Shown piece after piece: positions 40,318-51,639 of a stretch of DNA of 64,000 nt. Numbering within the stretch: position 1 is the stretch's first letter; every line of letters begins with the position of its first letter. The notes beneath the pieces were generated by a model, which made no database searches, had not been told where the DNA came from, and was given only the letters and a program-made list of their open reading frames with translations. Source of the DNA: Methanomethylovorans hollandica DSM 15978 (GTDB lineage: Archaea; Halobacteriota; Methanosarcinia; Methanosarcinales; Methanosarcinaceae); NCBI RefSeq assembly GCF_000328665.1, contig NC_019977.1, positions 2,286,011-2,350,010 of the forward strand. Direction: 5' to 3'. The position numbers and the translations under genes were made by a program.

Positions 40318-41047
40318 TTTTTCCTACGGTAGCTACATAGATCACGAACTCATGCTCGCCGTCGAGGTCCAGCAGTTCGTTCATGTCATCATCCAGGAAG
40401 GCCGCTATGGCACAAACACCGCAGTCAATAGCTTCCGCGCTCAGGTACAGATTCTGGCACACATGACCTGCATCCAGGTGCAGATAACGATATCCTCTTT
40501 CTCCGTAGCGCCATTTCATTCTGGCTGCAACAGCTGTCCAAATGAAAGTCACTGCGCTCTTCTTTACAAAATCCTGTCCCAGACAGGCTTCAGTGATCTC
40601 CTTCGCCATATTTGTCTCAATGTCCAGTTGCAGTAGTTTATGCCCTATGGCAAGGAATCTATACAGTCCTGGCTCAAGCCCCTCCACATTATTGATCAGC
40701 AGATATGTTTCTAGCGAGTGTCTTGCGCCTGCTGATGGCACGGTCCTGAACGTGACAACATCCTCAATGATCTCTTTCACTCCCTGCGTGCACCATAAAA
40801 GATAAGAGAGTTCATTAAGTGTAAGGGGCTTATCTGAATAGCTGCGCACGCTTGTACGATGTTCGATGGCACGTCTTAAGGGCATGTCTCTCACATGAAT
40901 ATGATCAGGGTCTGGCAGTTCTATTATCTTAATACCATCATCTGACTCCTTTTGCAAAGGCGGCTGAGGATATCCGTTAGTTTGAGGTGCTTTTCCAAGG
41001 TACTGGAACTTAGTCAATTTCATGAAGTCTTTGCCTATCTCTTGCAT
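40307..41047 (-). CDS. SagB/ThcOx-family FMN-dependent nitroreductase-like protein
   Basis: Motifs RTSVRSY, RTVPSAGARH and YGERGYRYLHLDAGH. Confidence 0.9.
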   Translation of the reverse strand: MQEIGKDFMKLTKFQYLGKAPQTNGYPQPPLQKESDDGIKIIELPDPDHIHVRDMPLRRAIEHRTSVRSYSDKPLTLNELSYLLWCTQGVKEIIEDVVTFRTVPSAGARHSLETYLLINNVEGLEPGLYRFLAIGHKLLQLDIETNMAKEITEACLGQDFVKKSAVTFIWTAVAARMKWRYGERGYRYLHLDAGHVCQNLYLSAEAIDCGVCAIAAFLDDDMNELLDLDGEHEFVIYVATVGKNEG

Positions 41048-41144
41048 TGTATACTCCCCGTTTACATATTCACTGCTGAGTTCAAATCCTTTATCATATC
41101 TTTATCATATATTGGTTTTTGAATACTTATCCACTGCCATGTCC

Positions 41145-41804
41145 TTACTTATCAGCCCTGATGACTACAAATCCCCCATCTCCTGATCCGCCTCTGACAG
41201 GTTCTATATCTGGGATCATTTCCAGTGGCCTGAAAAGGGTCTGAACTATGGTAATGTCCCTGAAACCAGCTTCATGGATATATGCTTTTATTTCGTCCAC
41301 TGAATGGAGTTTGACAGGTGAGTATGATCCTTTTTCATGCTGTCTTTTCTCATATTTTTTCTCATATACATCCCCTAGTCTGCTGTTCCTGTCTATCATT
41401 CCAAGAACCATTCTGCCATCTGTTTTTAGTATCCTGCGAACCTCAGCGAACGCTTGCTGCATGTCAGTCATAAAAGGATCTATAGTAACCATCAGAGCAA
41501 GATCAAGACTCTTATCCTTGAGTGGTAAGTCTTCTACCACTGCTTGTATACAAATTATATTTCGTTCTCTGGCTAATTCCAGCATTCTCCTGGAAGGGTC
41601 TGCGCCATAAGTGATATGCAGGGCTTGTGCAAATCTCCCAGTCCCCACTCCTATCTCTATGGATCTTTGTTCCTGGTATACGTTTCCCAACACCTTCTTT
41701 ATAGCAGCCAGTTCTGAATAGAACACTTTAATGTGCTGGTCATACCAGGCATCATATCCCTGTTCCTTTGCATCTGTATTACGTGATGATTTCATTCGAG
41801 ACAT
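41145..41804 (-). CDS. Class I SAM-dependent methyltransferase
   Basis: YDAWY, IEIGVGTGRFA and EVRRILK. Confidence 0.88.
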   Translation of the reverse strand: MSRMKSSRNTDAKEQGYDAWYDQHIKVFYSELAAIKKVLGNVYQEQRSIEIGVGTGRFAQALHITYGADPSRRMLELARERNIICIQAVVEDLPLKDKSLDLALMVTIDPFMTDMQQAFAEVRRILKTDGRMVLGMIDRNSRLGDVYEKKYEKRQHEKGSYSPVKLHSVDEIKAYIHEAGFRDITIVQTLFRPLEMIPDIEPVRGGSGDGGFVVIRADK

Positions 41805-42129
41805 TTAAGATTTCAATTGATTCTATCTAAATACCTTTCCATTTATTAATAAAGATGATTGAAAACTATCAATTAATGTAATATTCTATCGTACTGGTAA
41901 ATCTATCATGCGAGTAAGATGCGAATGGGCTTCTTTCAGTGAACTTGCTCTCCAATATCATGATAATGAGTGAGGTGTGCCGCTACACGATGACAGGTCG
42001 CTTTTCGAATTCCTTGTGCTGGAAGGGGCACAGGCGGGTTTAAGCTGGGAAACGATCCTCAGGAAAAGGAATAATTACAGAAAGGCTTTTGACAATTTCG
42101 ATCACGAGAAGATTGCAGCCTATGATTAT

Positions 42130-43479
42130 GTGAACTACCCCTCCCTGCTTTCTGATGAAAGCGAGGAAGGGGCTTCTTGTTTCATTCTTCGAACCACTGT
42201 TCGCAAGTCCACAAGCTCATCCCCTGCGTTCCACAGGTGTCAGATTATTATAAGATTTTGCTCTTGAATAGAGAATTTCTTGATATTGATTGCAGCATTT
42301 ATATCTCTGTCATGCTTTGTTTTGCAATCTGGACACGTCCAGTCCCTATCCGCAAGTGTTAGCTTTCCGTTATAATAGCCACACACATTACAGATTCTTG
42401 TACTTGGCTCAAACTGTCCAATACGGAGTATGGTTTTTCCAAACCATTCAGCTTTGTATTCCAGTTTAGTTACAAAACTACACCATCCAGCATCGGAAAT
42501 TGATTGAGCAAGACAATGATTTTTTAACATACCTTTAACATTCAGAGTTTCCAGAGCTATTGCTTGGTTCTCGCTAATCAGTCTAAAAGAGAGTTTATTC
42601 TGGAAATCGTTTCTTTGATTTGCTATTTTGTCATGGAGTGATGCAAGTCTTTGTTTAGCCTTTGCTCTGTTCTGTGAGCCTTTCTGTTTCCTTGATACTC
42701 TTTTCTGTAATACCTTCAATCGCTGTAAGGAGTTCTTCAGATACTTTGGATTTTCAACTTTTTCTCCGTTTGAGAGAACAGCAAAGTCTTTGATACCTAT
42801 ATCTATTCCAATTGTAGTTGATTCTGAAAAGTTCTGCTTATTTGGAATTTGTTTTCCATCTTCGACAAGAATACTGATATAATATTTTTCCGTACATGTC
42901 CTTGAAATGGTTGCGGTTTTAAGCTTACCTTCAAACCTTCTATGAAGTATGGTTTTGACTTCTCCTATTTTTGGGATCTTAATTATTTGCTTCTCGAAAT
43001 CTACAGAGTAATGTTGTGGCATCTGATAAGACTGGACTGGGTTTTTTTTAGATTTGAATTTGGGAAATCCAGTTTTCTCTCTGAAGAATTTTGTAAATGC
43101 TGATTCTACATTTACTAAAGAGGCAAGCAGAGCCTGTGAATTAGCTTCTTTCAACCATTCATTAGAATGTTTCACTTCGTGAACTAAAATCCGTTGCAAA
43201 TCAAACCTTGATATTGATTCCTTAGTTTGTTCATAAGTTTTTATTTTTTGTTCTAAAGCCCAATTATATACAAATCTACACGCACCAAAATGAACTTTTA
43301 TTATTTCCTCTTGTTTTTTGGTTGGGTAGATTCGGAATTTATAGGCTTTTAACATATTATACAATATGGTTTATAGATAAATATATGTTTCTCTAAACAT
43401 GTTGTGTTATGACATGTACGCATTCATCTCCCACCTGCCAGCTTACGGCTGGCGAGGAAGGAGATTTCTGCTGTAGAAG
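42130..43479 (-). mobile_element. IS200/IS605-family element carrying tnpB only (IS1341-like)
   Basis: Related subterminal hairpins at 43426-65 and 42138-72. The right end terminates in GTTCAC; TTTAA precedes the inferred left end. No tnpA and no TSD. Confidence 0.85.
42240..43355 (-). CDS. tnpB: RNA-guided endonuclease TnpB
   Basis: KAYKFRIYP; RuvC motifs GIDIG, ALETL and HDRDINAA; Zn finger CNVC..CPDC. Confidence 0.95.
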   Translation of the reverse strand: MLKAYKFRIYPTKKQEEIIKVHFGACRFVYNWALEQKIKTYEQTKESISRFDLQRILVHEVKHSNEWLKEANSQALLASLVNVESAFTKFFREKTGFPKFKSKKNPVQSYQMPQHYSVDFEKQIIKIPKIGEVKTILHRRFEGKLKTATISRTCTEKYYISILVEDGKQIPNKQNFSESTTIGIDIGIKDFAVLSNGEKVENPKYLKNSLQRLKVLQKRVSRKQKGSQNRAKAKQRLASLHDKIANQRNDFQNKLSFRLISENQAIALETLNVKGMLKNHCLAQSISDAGWCSFVTKLEYKAEWFGKTILRIGQFEPSTRICNVCGYYNGKLTLADRDWTCPDCKTKHDRDINAAINIKKFSIQEQNLIII

Positions 43480-43718
43480 TTAAAAACGAAGGTATCGTTC
43501 GCAACAGGCTTAAGGTCAGATCTGCAATTAATAATGCCAAGGCTTTCAAAAAGGTTCGGGAGGAGTTTGGTTCATTCGACAAGTACATCTGGAACTTTGT
43601 GGACCATACATCTGTGCAGAATTCCTGGAAGTCGCTGGCAGATATCCCTGCAAAGACCGAGATTGCAGAAAATATCAGCAAAGATCTGAAAAAAATAATG
43701 GTGAGATCTTGTTATGCC

Positions 43719-44792
43719 TCATGACAAATACCCGTATGGTCTCTCCTCATAACGCTTTAATAATTCTTCAACGGATGCATTCGAAGTTCCGGATTCGGAA
43801 CCGAATAACAGGCTTGAAAGCGAAGGCTTGTTCATATATACTACAGTAGGTTCTCCTTCTATGCCAGCCAGTTCCGTAGCAATGTCTATAGCATCATAGA
43901 AGTTGCCAAGTTCGTCCACAAGGCCCAGTTCCTTTGCCTTTTTACCGGTATATATCCTGCCATCTGCAATATCCTTGACTTCGCTTACGGACATATTGCG
44001 CCCTTCTGCAACATTTGTCACGAATGTATCGTAAACTTCCATTATTATGCTGTCGGCGTATTCCTTTTCCTCATCAGAGAGACCTCTCCATGAGCCGCCC
44101 ATATCCTTGAACTCTCCGGATTTAGCCACATGGAATTCTATTCCTTCCTGGTCATAGTAAGCAGACATGTTCTCAAAGGTCCATATCACGCCTATACTAC
44201 CGGTCATCGTAGAAGGATTTGCCACGATTACGTCAGCAGGCACTGATATATGATATGCTGCACTGGCAGCTACGTTACCCATGGATACAACTATAGGCAT
44301 ACCTTCATCATGGGCTCTTTTCACTTCTTCATATATCTCCTCACCAGCTGTTGAAGATCCACCGGGGCTATCAACCCTCAATAAGATCGCTTTTACGCTT
44401 TGATCTTGCACAGCCTTGCGTATATTCTCATTTATTCCATCAGGGGTTGCATATCCCAATCCATTGTATATGCTGCCGGAAACAATTTCGCCTTCAACGT
44501 AGATAACTGCAATCTTGTCACCGCTGGCATACAGATTGCCATCAAAATTACCCATAATGGCTGCAAGGCTTGCACCAATAAGAACGATAAGGAATCCGGC
44601 TAATAACAGGTACATTTTCCATCTGCTTTTGCCGGGCGCTATAGCTGCAGATGTGTTTCTGTTATAGGCAGAAGGTACGCTTGGCGGGATCTCCCTTTCC
44701 GCCTTCCCTGATATATAGGGATCATTCTCCATAGATGGTTTTTCCTCTCCATGGTCTGCATTGCGGCTATTTGCCACATCTTCAGGATTCAT
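43719..44792 (-). CDS. sppA: Signal peptide peptidase
   Basis: TM helix; motifs VDSPGG, AASAAY, TGSIGV, KSGEFKD and GLVDELG. Confidence 0.92.
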   Translation of the reverse strand: MNPEDVANSRNADHGEEKPSMENDPYISGKAEREIPPSVPSAYNRNTSAAIAPGKSRWKMYLLLAGFLIVLIGASLAAIMGNFDGNLYASGDKIAVIYVEGEIVSGSIYNGLGYATPDGINENIRKAVQDQSVKAILLRVDSPGGSSTAGEEIYEEVKRAHDEGMPIVVSMGNVAASAAYHISVPADVIVANPSTMTGSIGVIWTFENMSAYYDQEGIEFHVAKSGEFKDMGGSWRGLSDEEKEYADSIIMEVYDTFVTNVAEGRNMSVSEVKDIADGRIYTGKKAKELGLVDELGNFYDAIDIATELAGIEGEPTVVYMNKPSLSSLLFGSESGTSNASVEELLKRYEERPYGYLS

Positions 44793-45070
44793 CTGGATTA
44801 TTCCTTCCTGGCAAGAGAATGTGCATGAAGATTGAAATAGTTATCTTGACTAATTTAAGCGCATGTTTTGTAGAATTTAGAGATGTCTGAAAAGGTTATT
44901 ATACACTATCAGGATCGTCCCATAAAAGCTTCTCAGGTGACAGAGGTACTCATTGACCTTGATAAATACATTAGAGAAGTAAATGAATGGGGATAAACGT
45001 CTGGTATAAGCAAAAAAAGAAAAGTATGAGTTATTGAATTAACTCATAAAAAAACTATTTTTTTTAAAAT

Positions 45071-45247
45071 TTATCTTTTCCTTCCAAGGAAATAATAAGC
45101 AATAGCTCCAAGGATACCAAATATAAGTGCTGCAAGTATCCAAACAATTTTCATTAAAGTACTCAGACTCTTGTTCTGGGTTAATACATCATATAAAACC
45201 CAGATAACAGAAATCAATACAATAAAGCCCCATATTGTTTCTATCAT
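45071..45247 (-). CDS. PLDc_N-like small membrane protein (58 aa)
   Basis: Not in the ORF track. MIETIWGFIVLISVIWVLYDVLTQNKSLSTLMKIVWILAALIFGILGAIAYYFLGRKR; GGAGAGG RBS. Confidence 0.8.
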   Translation of the reverse strand: MIETIWGFIVLISVIWVLYDVLTQNKSLSTLMKIVWILAALIFGILGAIAYYFLGRKR

Positions 45248-45308
45248 CTTTGAATCGCCTCTCCATATTATATTAATCCAATATTCTTATATAAGGGTTG
45301 CTTAATCT

Positions 45309-46048
45309 GGCATTGGTAAGTAAACATGGTTATATGTTATGAGGACTTATAGTTCTGTATGAACTGTCCCAGGTGTAAAAGCCCTAATCATAAAAAGAAC
45401 GGAAAAATAAGTGAACGCCAACGATACCAATGTCATGATTGTGGATATAATTATTCAGTAGAGCTCAAATCAACTGCAAGCTCTGCTTTTGTTAAACGGC
45501 AGGCTTTGCAACTCTATCTGGAGGGATTAGGATTTCGTTCAATAGGACGTATATTAGGTGTCAGCCATGTTTCTGTACAAAATTGGATAAAGAAATATGG
45601 TAAAGATCTAGAGGACTTGAAGAGTGAAAATGAGATATCTGTCGTTGAATTGAATGAGATGCACACTTACATCGGAAACAAAAAAAATATTGCTGGACCT
45701 GGATTGCTGTTGATAGAGTTGGGAAAAAATTCATCGACTGCTCTTTTGGTAGCAGAGGAACAGAAACCGGACAAAAACTCTGGGAATACTTAAAGAGGAA
45801 AAAGATTGAAAAAGTGATGACTGATCACTGGAAGGCATATGCAGAGTTTCTTCCGGAGACTATCCATACTCAATCCAAAGCTGAAACATGTACCGTTGAA
45901 GGATATAACAGCATATTGAGACACTTCCTGGCAAGATTGAGAAAAAAGACAAAGTGTTATACTAAGAGTCTTGAAATGCTGAAGTACTCTGTTCTTCTAT
46001 TAATGAAATACAGAAATAAGGAGTTAACTATCTTTAATTAACAATACC
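45309..46048 (+). mobile_element. IS1-family insertion sequence
   Basis: Imperfect terminal IRs GGCATTGGTAAGTAAA / revcomp GGTATTGTTAATTAAA (13/16). Flanks CTTAATCT and CTCAATTT resemble a decayed 8-bp TSD. Confidence 0.88.
45359..46041 (+). CDS. IS1 transposase (InsA/InsB joined by a -1 frameshift)
   Basis: CPRC..CHDC plus HTH. An A8 run at 45680-87 leads into YCWTWIAVDR..MTDHWKAY..VEGYNS. Confidence 0.8.
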
Positions 46049-46330
46049 CTCAATTTTTATACATGATTGTCCTATCAAGCAGTTCTCACTTTGTCACGAA
46101 TTCCCTCTAACTAGTATGTACACCCAATCTCCTTATCTGTGAATTCTGTATTGTATGTGAGTATTGTTGATATTGACGTGTTGATGCAGATGTATTCATG
46201 ATCATCTATACAGCACCCAAGCGAAATATATTTTATAACAGCACTCTATCCTCACAAGTAAATCCATTCTATATAGGATATATTCCATATAGGATCTAAT
46301 ATACTGCTCATATCATTTCGGAGATCATAC

Positions 46331-48376
46331 ATGTCAAAACTACCTGAAGATAAACCTGTACTTGTTACATGCGGCCTTCCTTATGCTAACGGCAAAGCTC
46401 ATATAGGCCATCTGCGAACGTACATTCCTGCGGACATTTATGTGAGATCCCTGAAAAAACGTGGCAAAGAAGTAACTTTTATTTGCGGCTCAGATACGCA
46501 TGGGACGCCTGTAGTTGTGAACGCAGAAGAATTGAAGATGACCCCAAAAGAGCTGGTGGGAATCTACCATAAGCATTTCTATGAGATATTCAGATCAGTG
46601 GGTGTCACGTTCGATGCTTTTGGAACAACAGATGATCCGGAAAATCACAACCGTACGCTGGATATCGTTAATCGGCTTATAGATAAAGGATATGTTTATC
46701 CAAAGGTCATCGAGATAGCATATTGTCCTGCATGTGACCGTTTCCTTCCTGACAGATATGTAGCAGGCGTCTGTCCTCACTGCGGCCAGAATGCAAGAGG
46801 GGACGAATGTGACCAGGGTTGTGGTAAACACCTTGAACCCGGGGAGCTGAAGGATCCTGCTTGTACCATTTGCCGTGGTCCAGCACAATATAAGGAACAG
46901 GAACATTTCTTCTTCAAACTTTCCGGATTCAAGGACTTTCTGCTGGAACACCTGGAACATCTCGAAGGCACTTCCAATGCCAGAAACTATGCTCTTGGAT
47001 GGGTCAAACAGGAGCTTACCGACTGGTGTATCACAAGGACACTGGAATGGGGTGTGAAATTCCCGGGCCATGATGATCTTGTTGTGTACGTGTGGGTGGA
47101 TGCGCCTATTGGCTATATTGCTTTTACAGAGCAATGGGCCAAGGCTAATAATGAAAGCTGGGAAAAGTTCTGGAAGGGCGATTGTCCCATTGTCCATTTC
47201 ATCGGCGGGGATATAATCTACCACCATTGTATTTTCTGGCCTGCCATGCTCAAAGGTGCTGATTACAGCCAGCCATGGGCTGTTGTGTCATCAGGCATGG
47301 TGAAGATCGAGGACAAGAAATTCTCCAAGAGTCGGGGATATGTTGTATGGGTACAGGAGGATTACCTGGACCATGGTTTCCATGCCGATCTGCTCAGATA
47401 TTACCTGATAAGTTACACATCCCACACCAAGGAAGTAAATTTCTCATGGAAGGTCTTCCAGGAAAGGATCAATACTGAGCTTGTGGCAGTATTAGGTAAT
47501 TTCCTTTATCGTAGCCTTCTGTTTGATTTCAAGAATTTTGGAGAGATACCGGCAGGCAAGATCTCACCTGAGGTCATGGAAAAGATAAAAAGTATCATTG
47601 ATGAGGTCACAGTTGCAATGGAGGAGTTCGAGTTCAAGAAGGCCATTGATACCGCCATGTCACTGGCTTCCTTCGGTAACTCCTATTTCCAGTCCAATGA
47701 ACCCTGGAAACTCATCAAAGAGAACCGGGAAGCATGTGCTGAGGTGCTGGCAAACTGCATGCAGATCGCAAAGGCACTAATCCTGCTTTTCGAACCCACT
47801 CTTCCAGAAAAGATGGAGGTAGCCTGGAAGCAGATCGGTATGAATTCAGATGTGCATACAGCCGGATATGAAGAAGCCCTTGTGCCAGTAAATGCAGGTA
47901 CAACACTTTCTAATCCCAGCATTCTTTTTGACAAGATAGAGGATGCCAAGATAGAAGAGATGACCGCTATATCCAATGAGAGAATACGCAAGGCTTTTGC
48001 AAAGGAAGCAGGCATATCTGAAGAGGAGCCTGCAGTGGTGCCTCTGAAAGACCAGATAACCTACGAGGACTTCTCAAAGGTGGACATACGCGTCGGTAAG
48101 ATCCTCACTGCTGAGAAGATAAAGAAATCCAAGAAACTGCTCAAGCTGATGGTAGATGTGGGTGAACCAAAACCCAGGCAGATAGTTGCAGGTCTTGCAG
48201 ACTATTATCAGCCGGAAGAACTTGTTGGTAAGGTCGTCAATGTGCTTGTCAATCTCCAGCCTGCTAAACTGTGCGGCGTGGAATCCCAGGGCATGCTCTT
48301 GGCAGCCGATGCAGGCGAACGTGTGTCTCTGCTGACCCCTGACAAGGAAATGAAGCCAGGATCTATTGTGAGATAA
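46331..48376 (+). CDS. metG: Methionine--tRNA ligase
   Basis: PYANG..HIGH, KFSKS and a C-terminal tRNA-binding OB domain (ESQGMLLAA). Confidence 0.97.
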   Translation: MSKLPEDKPVLVTCGLPYANGKAHIGHLRTYIPADIYVRSLKKRGKEVTFICGSDTHGTPVVVNAEELKMTPKELVGIYHKHFYEIFRSVGVTFDAFGTTDDPENHNRTLDIVNRLIDKGYVYPKVIEIAYCPACDRFLPDRYVAGVCPHCGQNARGDECDQGCGKHLEPGELKDPACTICRGPAQYKEQEHFFFKLSGFKDFLLEHLEHLEGTSNARNYALGWVKQELTDWCITRTLEWGVKFPGHDDLVVYVWVDAPIGYIAFTEQWAKANNESWEKFWKGDCPIVHFIGGDIIYHHCIFWPAMLKGADYSQPWAVVSSGMVKIEDKKFSKSRGYVVWVQEDYLDHGFHADLLRYYLISYTSHTKEVNFSWKVFQERINTELVAVLGNFLYRSLLFDFKNFGEIPAGKISPEVMEKIKSIIDEVTVAMEEFEFKKAIDTAMSLASFGNSYFQSNEPWKLIKENREACAEVLANCMQIAKALILLFEPTLPEKMEVAWKQIGMNSDVHTAGYEEALVPVNAGTTLSNPSILFDKIEDAKIEEMTAISNERIRKAFAKEAGISEEEPAVVPLKDQITYEDFSKVDIRVGKILTAEKIKKSKKLLKLMVDVGEPKPRQIVAGLADYYQPEELVGKVVNVLVNLQPAKLCGVESQGMLLAADAGERVSLLTPDKEMKPGSIVR

Positions 48377-48447
48377 AATACTAAAAAAGTTAAGTATGGC
48401 CCCGAAAAGCGAATAAATTTACAGTTGCGATCTCATTACACCTGTAA

Positions 48448-48981
48448 TTAATTCGTTTCTTTCTCTTTTTCCAGCACCATCTCAAGGTAAGAGGTTCTGA
48501 TGGAATCTTCCTTCTGTATACCCAATTTTTCAAGGAAAGCAAATATTTCATCAGAGTGTTCTTCAATATTACAGTCGGCCTGTTTTTCAACCTCTATGAA
48601 TTCTCCAAGTCCCTCCACATAGTCAAGAGCAATGGTCATATTCTGGTAACTGAAGACTTCTCTTTTCTTGCGGACGACACCGGACTCAAAGAAACCCAGT
48701 GCTATGAGGATACTTCGAGCACTGTCACCATCTACTTCGGTCTCGAACTCCGGACGTGTCTTGGAAACGGAGTCAAGTTTCTTTCCTTTATATGTGAGCA
48801 CTGATTTTCCATTCACGGAGCGTATTCTCAACGCCTCGTCCGTGGTAGAAAAATCCCTCGCAGGAGAGTTATAGTAGGTATCCAGATGTTCCTGGATACC
48901 TTCTGGTTTTGCTCCCATTGCTGCAAGTCTCTCACGGAGGAATCTGTGGCTTGCCCGGGCTTTTACTTCTATCTCTATCAT
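48448..48981 (-). CDS. cyaB: CYTH-domain protein (class IV adenylate cyclase-like)
   Basis: Motifs EIEVK, DTYY, LRIR, GLGEFIEVE and SYLE. Confidence 0.88.
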   Translation of the reverse strand: MIEIEVKARASHRFLRERLAAMGAKPEGIQEHLDTYYNSPARDFSTTDEALRIRSVNGKSVLTYKGKKLDSVSKTRPEFETEVDGDSARSILIALGFFESGVVRKKREVFSYQNMTIALDYVEGLGEFIEVEKQADCNIEEHSDEIFAFLEKLGIQKEDSIRTSYLEMVLEKEKETN

Positions 48982-48982
48982 G

Positions 48983-49372
48983 TTATTCGGGGACGAATTT
49001 GGTACCGTAGTATATCATACCTTTCTCACCGCTTTCACCAAGTTTCCTGAACACAGGCCTTACCTTCATACCTATCTTCATGGCTCCGGGGTCAGCTACT
49101 ATCTGGCTGGTAAGGCTTGGCCCTTCGTCCAGTTTCACGATACCAAGCACATAAGGGGTCTGTTTCTCAAAGCCTTCTGCAGCAGTGTGGATCACAGTAT
49201 ATGTGAGCACTTCTCCCTTTCCGCTGAACTTGAAGTTCTCAAGTTTTCCGTCACGGCGGCATTTAGGGCACATGTTACGGGGTGGATAGTAATAAGTTTC
49301 ACAGTTAGTGCAATGAGTGCCTATCAGATTATACCTAGCTACCTGTTTTCTCCAGAATCTCGGTACTGACAT
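48983..49372 (-). CDS. DUF35 Zn-ribbon/OB-fold scaffold of the thiolase-HMGS complex
   Basis: CTNC..CPKC and IYYGTKF; operonic with the thiolase. Confidence 0.92.
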   Translation of the reverse strand: MSVPRFWRKQVARYNLIGTHCTNCETYYYPPRNMCPKCRRDGKLENFKFSGKGEVLTYTVIHTAAEGFEKQTPYVLGIVKLDEGPSLTSQIVADPGAMKIGMKVRPVFRKLGESGEKGMIYYGTKFVPE

Positions 49373-49377
49373 CGTGA

Positions 49378-50550
49378 TCACCTGTCCCTTGATAATATAT
49401 GTACTACAGCAGTGGCACCTGAACCTCCGACATTGTGTGTCATGCCGATCTCTGCACCATCAACCTGACGTTTTCCTGCATCCCCACGCAGCTGTTCGAC
49501 TATTTCCACAGCCTGTTTGATGCCAGTAGCACCTACCGGATGGCCACATGCTTTGAGTCCGCCGGACGTGTTCACCGGTATCTTGCCGCCTATGGCCGTA
49601 TTTCCTTCTTCGGTGAATTTGCCTCCTTCTCCTTTCTTAACAAAGCCGAGGTCTTCTATAGCGCATATCTCTGCAATGGTAAAGCAGTCGTGAACTTCCA
49701 CTAAGTCTATATCCTTAGGTGTGAGTTTTGCCATTTTAAAAGCCCTTTTACCTGCTTCCACTGATGCTGCGAGGGTCGTGATATCCTTGCGGTCATGAAG
49801 AGCGAGGGTATCACTGGCCTGGCTTGTGGCCTTTACATAAATGGGGGTGTCCGTGTATTTGTGGGCAATGTCAGCAGGTGCCAGTATTACCGCTGCTGCA
49901 CCATCTGTGATGGGTGAACAATCGAATATGTGCAGCGGATCTGCCACCATAATTGATCTGAGCACATCTTCCACACTGATCTTGTTGCGATACTGTGCTA
50001 TCGGATTATGGGCACCATTAGCATGGTTCTTTACTGCCACCTGAGCCAGCTGCTCGCTGGTGGTGCCGTATTTATGCATGTGCAGCTTTGCTATCATAGC
50101 ATAGAGCCCGGGGAAAGTTGCGCCCATTATGCCTTCCCACTCCCTGTCTGCGGCTGCTGCAAGGGCAGTGGATGCGCTTGTAGAGGAGATGTCTGTCATC
50201 TTTTCCACGCCAGCAGCCACTACTATGTCCTCAAGTCCGGATGCTACTGCATGGATGCCCTGTCTCAGTGCCAATCCACCGGAAGCACAGGCTGCCTCCA
50301 CTCGGGTAGCTGGCACATGAAGTTCCTTTGCTAGTCCTGCATAGTCCGCTATCAGGGCACCTATATGTTCCTGCTCAATGAACTGGCCTCCGCTCATGTT
50401 ACCTACTATGATGGCATCTATCTCTTCTCCGGTGACCCTCGCGTCTTCCAGGGCACCGACACCGGCTTCTGTTATTATATCTCTCAGAGACACATCCCAG
50501 TTCTCTCCAAATTTGGTGGTCTTAACACCAATGATCGCTACATCTCTCAT
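49378..50550 (-). CDS. Acetoacetyl-CoA thiolase
   Basis: Motifs [21 protein letters not shown] and HNVGG. Confidence 0.93.
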   Translation of the reverse strand: MRDVAIIGVKTTKFGENWDVSLRDIITEAGVGALEDARVTGEEIDAIIVGNMSGGQFIEQEHIGALIADYAGLAKELHVPATRVEAACASGGLALRQGIHAVASGLEDIVVAAGVEKMTDISSTSASTALAAAADREWEGIMGATFPGLYAMIAKLHMHKYGTTSEQLAQVAVKNHANGAHNPIAQYRNKISVEDVLRSIMVADPLHIFDCSPITDGAAAVILAPADIAHKYTDTPIYVKATSQASDTLALHDRKDITTLAASVEAGKRAFKMAKLTPKDIDLVEVHDCFTIAEICAIEDLGFVKKGEGGKFTEEGNTAIGGKIPVNTSGGLKACGHPVGATGIKQAVEIVEQLRGDAGKRQVDGAEIGMTHNVGGSGATAVVHILSRDR

Positions 50551-50559
50551 TTTTTCACC

Positions 50560-51609
50560 TCATGCCAGTCTGATCTTACCTTTGTGTTTGGCATATGTTG
50601 CATAATCCACATATATCGGATCTGCCAGCAGTTCCATCACAGTAGGTGCTTTATTACGTATCTCTTCGATCTTATCCGTGACAGCAAAACTGAATGCGTC
50701 CCCGCCGGCACCTGATCCAAAAGCAGTGGCGAATATCCTGTCTCCTGGTTTTGCCTGGTCCAGCGTCGCTGCGATGCCCATCATACATGATCCTGAGTAG
50801 GTATTTCCAAGCTTTGGCACGACAAGGCCGGGCCGGATCTGTTCTTTAGTGAAGCCCAGGATGGATGCTGCCCGAGATGGGAATTTACCATTTGGCTGAT
50901 GGAAGACTGCATAATCATAATCTTCTGGTTTAGTCCCTATCTTAGCCATAAGTCCTTTTGCCGCATGTGTTACATGCTTGAAGTATCCGGGCTCGCCGGT
51001 AAAACGCCCTCCATGTTCAGGATATGGCATGCCTTCCCTTCTCCAAAAATCAGGTGTATCAGTTGTAAAGGAATATGTGTCCTCGATGACCGCTACAAAT
51101 TCTGATTCTTTGCTGCCTATTATGAAAGCTACGCCTCCTGCAGCTGCAGTGTATTCCAGTGCATCGCCCGGTGCGCCCTGCGCAACGTCAGCTCCTATGG
51201 CTATTCCCAGATCTATCATTCCTGATTGTACCAATCCCATGCAAGTCTGTATTGCGGCAGTTCCGGCCTTGCAGGCAAATTCAAAATCTGCAGCTGTCAG
51301 AACGGGGGTAGCTTCCACTGCCTCTGCGACTATGGTACTTGTAGGTTTGACAGCATAGGGGTGGCTCTCTGATCCGGTATAAACTGCGCCTACTCGCTGG
51401 GCGTTTATACCTGATCTTTTAACAGCATATCTTGCAGCTTCTACTGCAATTGTGGCTGTGTCCTCATCAAAATCAGGTACTGATTTTTCATATACCATGA
51501 GACCCGATTTTAGGCTGTTAGCATCGTCGCCCCATACCCGGGCGATCTCTTCCACTTTGATCCTATATCTAGGAACATAGGCTCCGTATGAGACTATCCC
51601 TGCACTCAT
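50560..51609 (-). CDS. Hydroxymethylglutaryl-CoA synthase
   Basis: Motifs [27 protein letters not shown] and GNTYSG. Confidence 0.95.
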   Translation of the reverse strand: MSAGIVSYGAYVPRYRIKVEEIARVWGDDANSLKSGLMVYEKSVPDFDEDTATIAVEAARYAVKRSGINAQRVGAVYTGSESHPYAVKPTSTIVAEAVEATPVLTAADFEFACKAGTAAIQTCMGLVQSGMIDLGIAIGADVAQGAPGDALEYTAAAGGVAFIIGSKESEFVAVIEDTYSFTTDTPDFWRREGMPYPEHGGRFTGEPGYFKHVTHAAKGLMAKIGTKPEDYDYAVFHQPNGKFPSRAASILGFTKEQIRPGLVVPKLGNTYSGSCMMGIAATLDQAKPGDRIFATAFGSGAGGDAFSFAVTDKIEEIRNKAPTVMELLADPIYVDYATYAKHKGKIRLA

Positions 51610-51639
51610 TTCTTTTCACCGATTATTTTTATGTAAGTG

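Larger units (their letters stand above)
41908..43694 (+). pseudogene. tag: DNA-3-methyladenine glycosylase I split by an IS200/IS605 element
   Basis: 5' half RCEW..YHDNE*GVPLHDD..LEGAQAGLSW..IAAYD, with TGA at 41971-73. 3' half NEGIVRNRLK..SKDLKK. The C-terminus is missing. Confidence 0.88.

Noticed and set aside
40307..41047. RiPP (azole-peptide) cluster suggested by the SagB-like gene
   Set aside because: No YcaO, precursor peptide or transporter nearby; stand-alone SagB-type nitroreductases are common in methanogens.
41089..41110. Tandem CTTTATCATAT duplication
   Set aside because: A short AT-rich two-copy repeat, likely slippage.
44883..44996. 37-aa micro-ORF MSEKVIIHYQDRPIKASQVTEVLIDLDKYIREVNEWG
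   Set aside because: Protein-like, but there is no clear RBS or motif, so support is insufficient.
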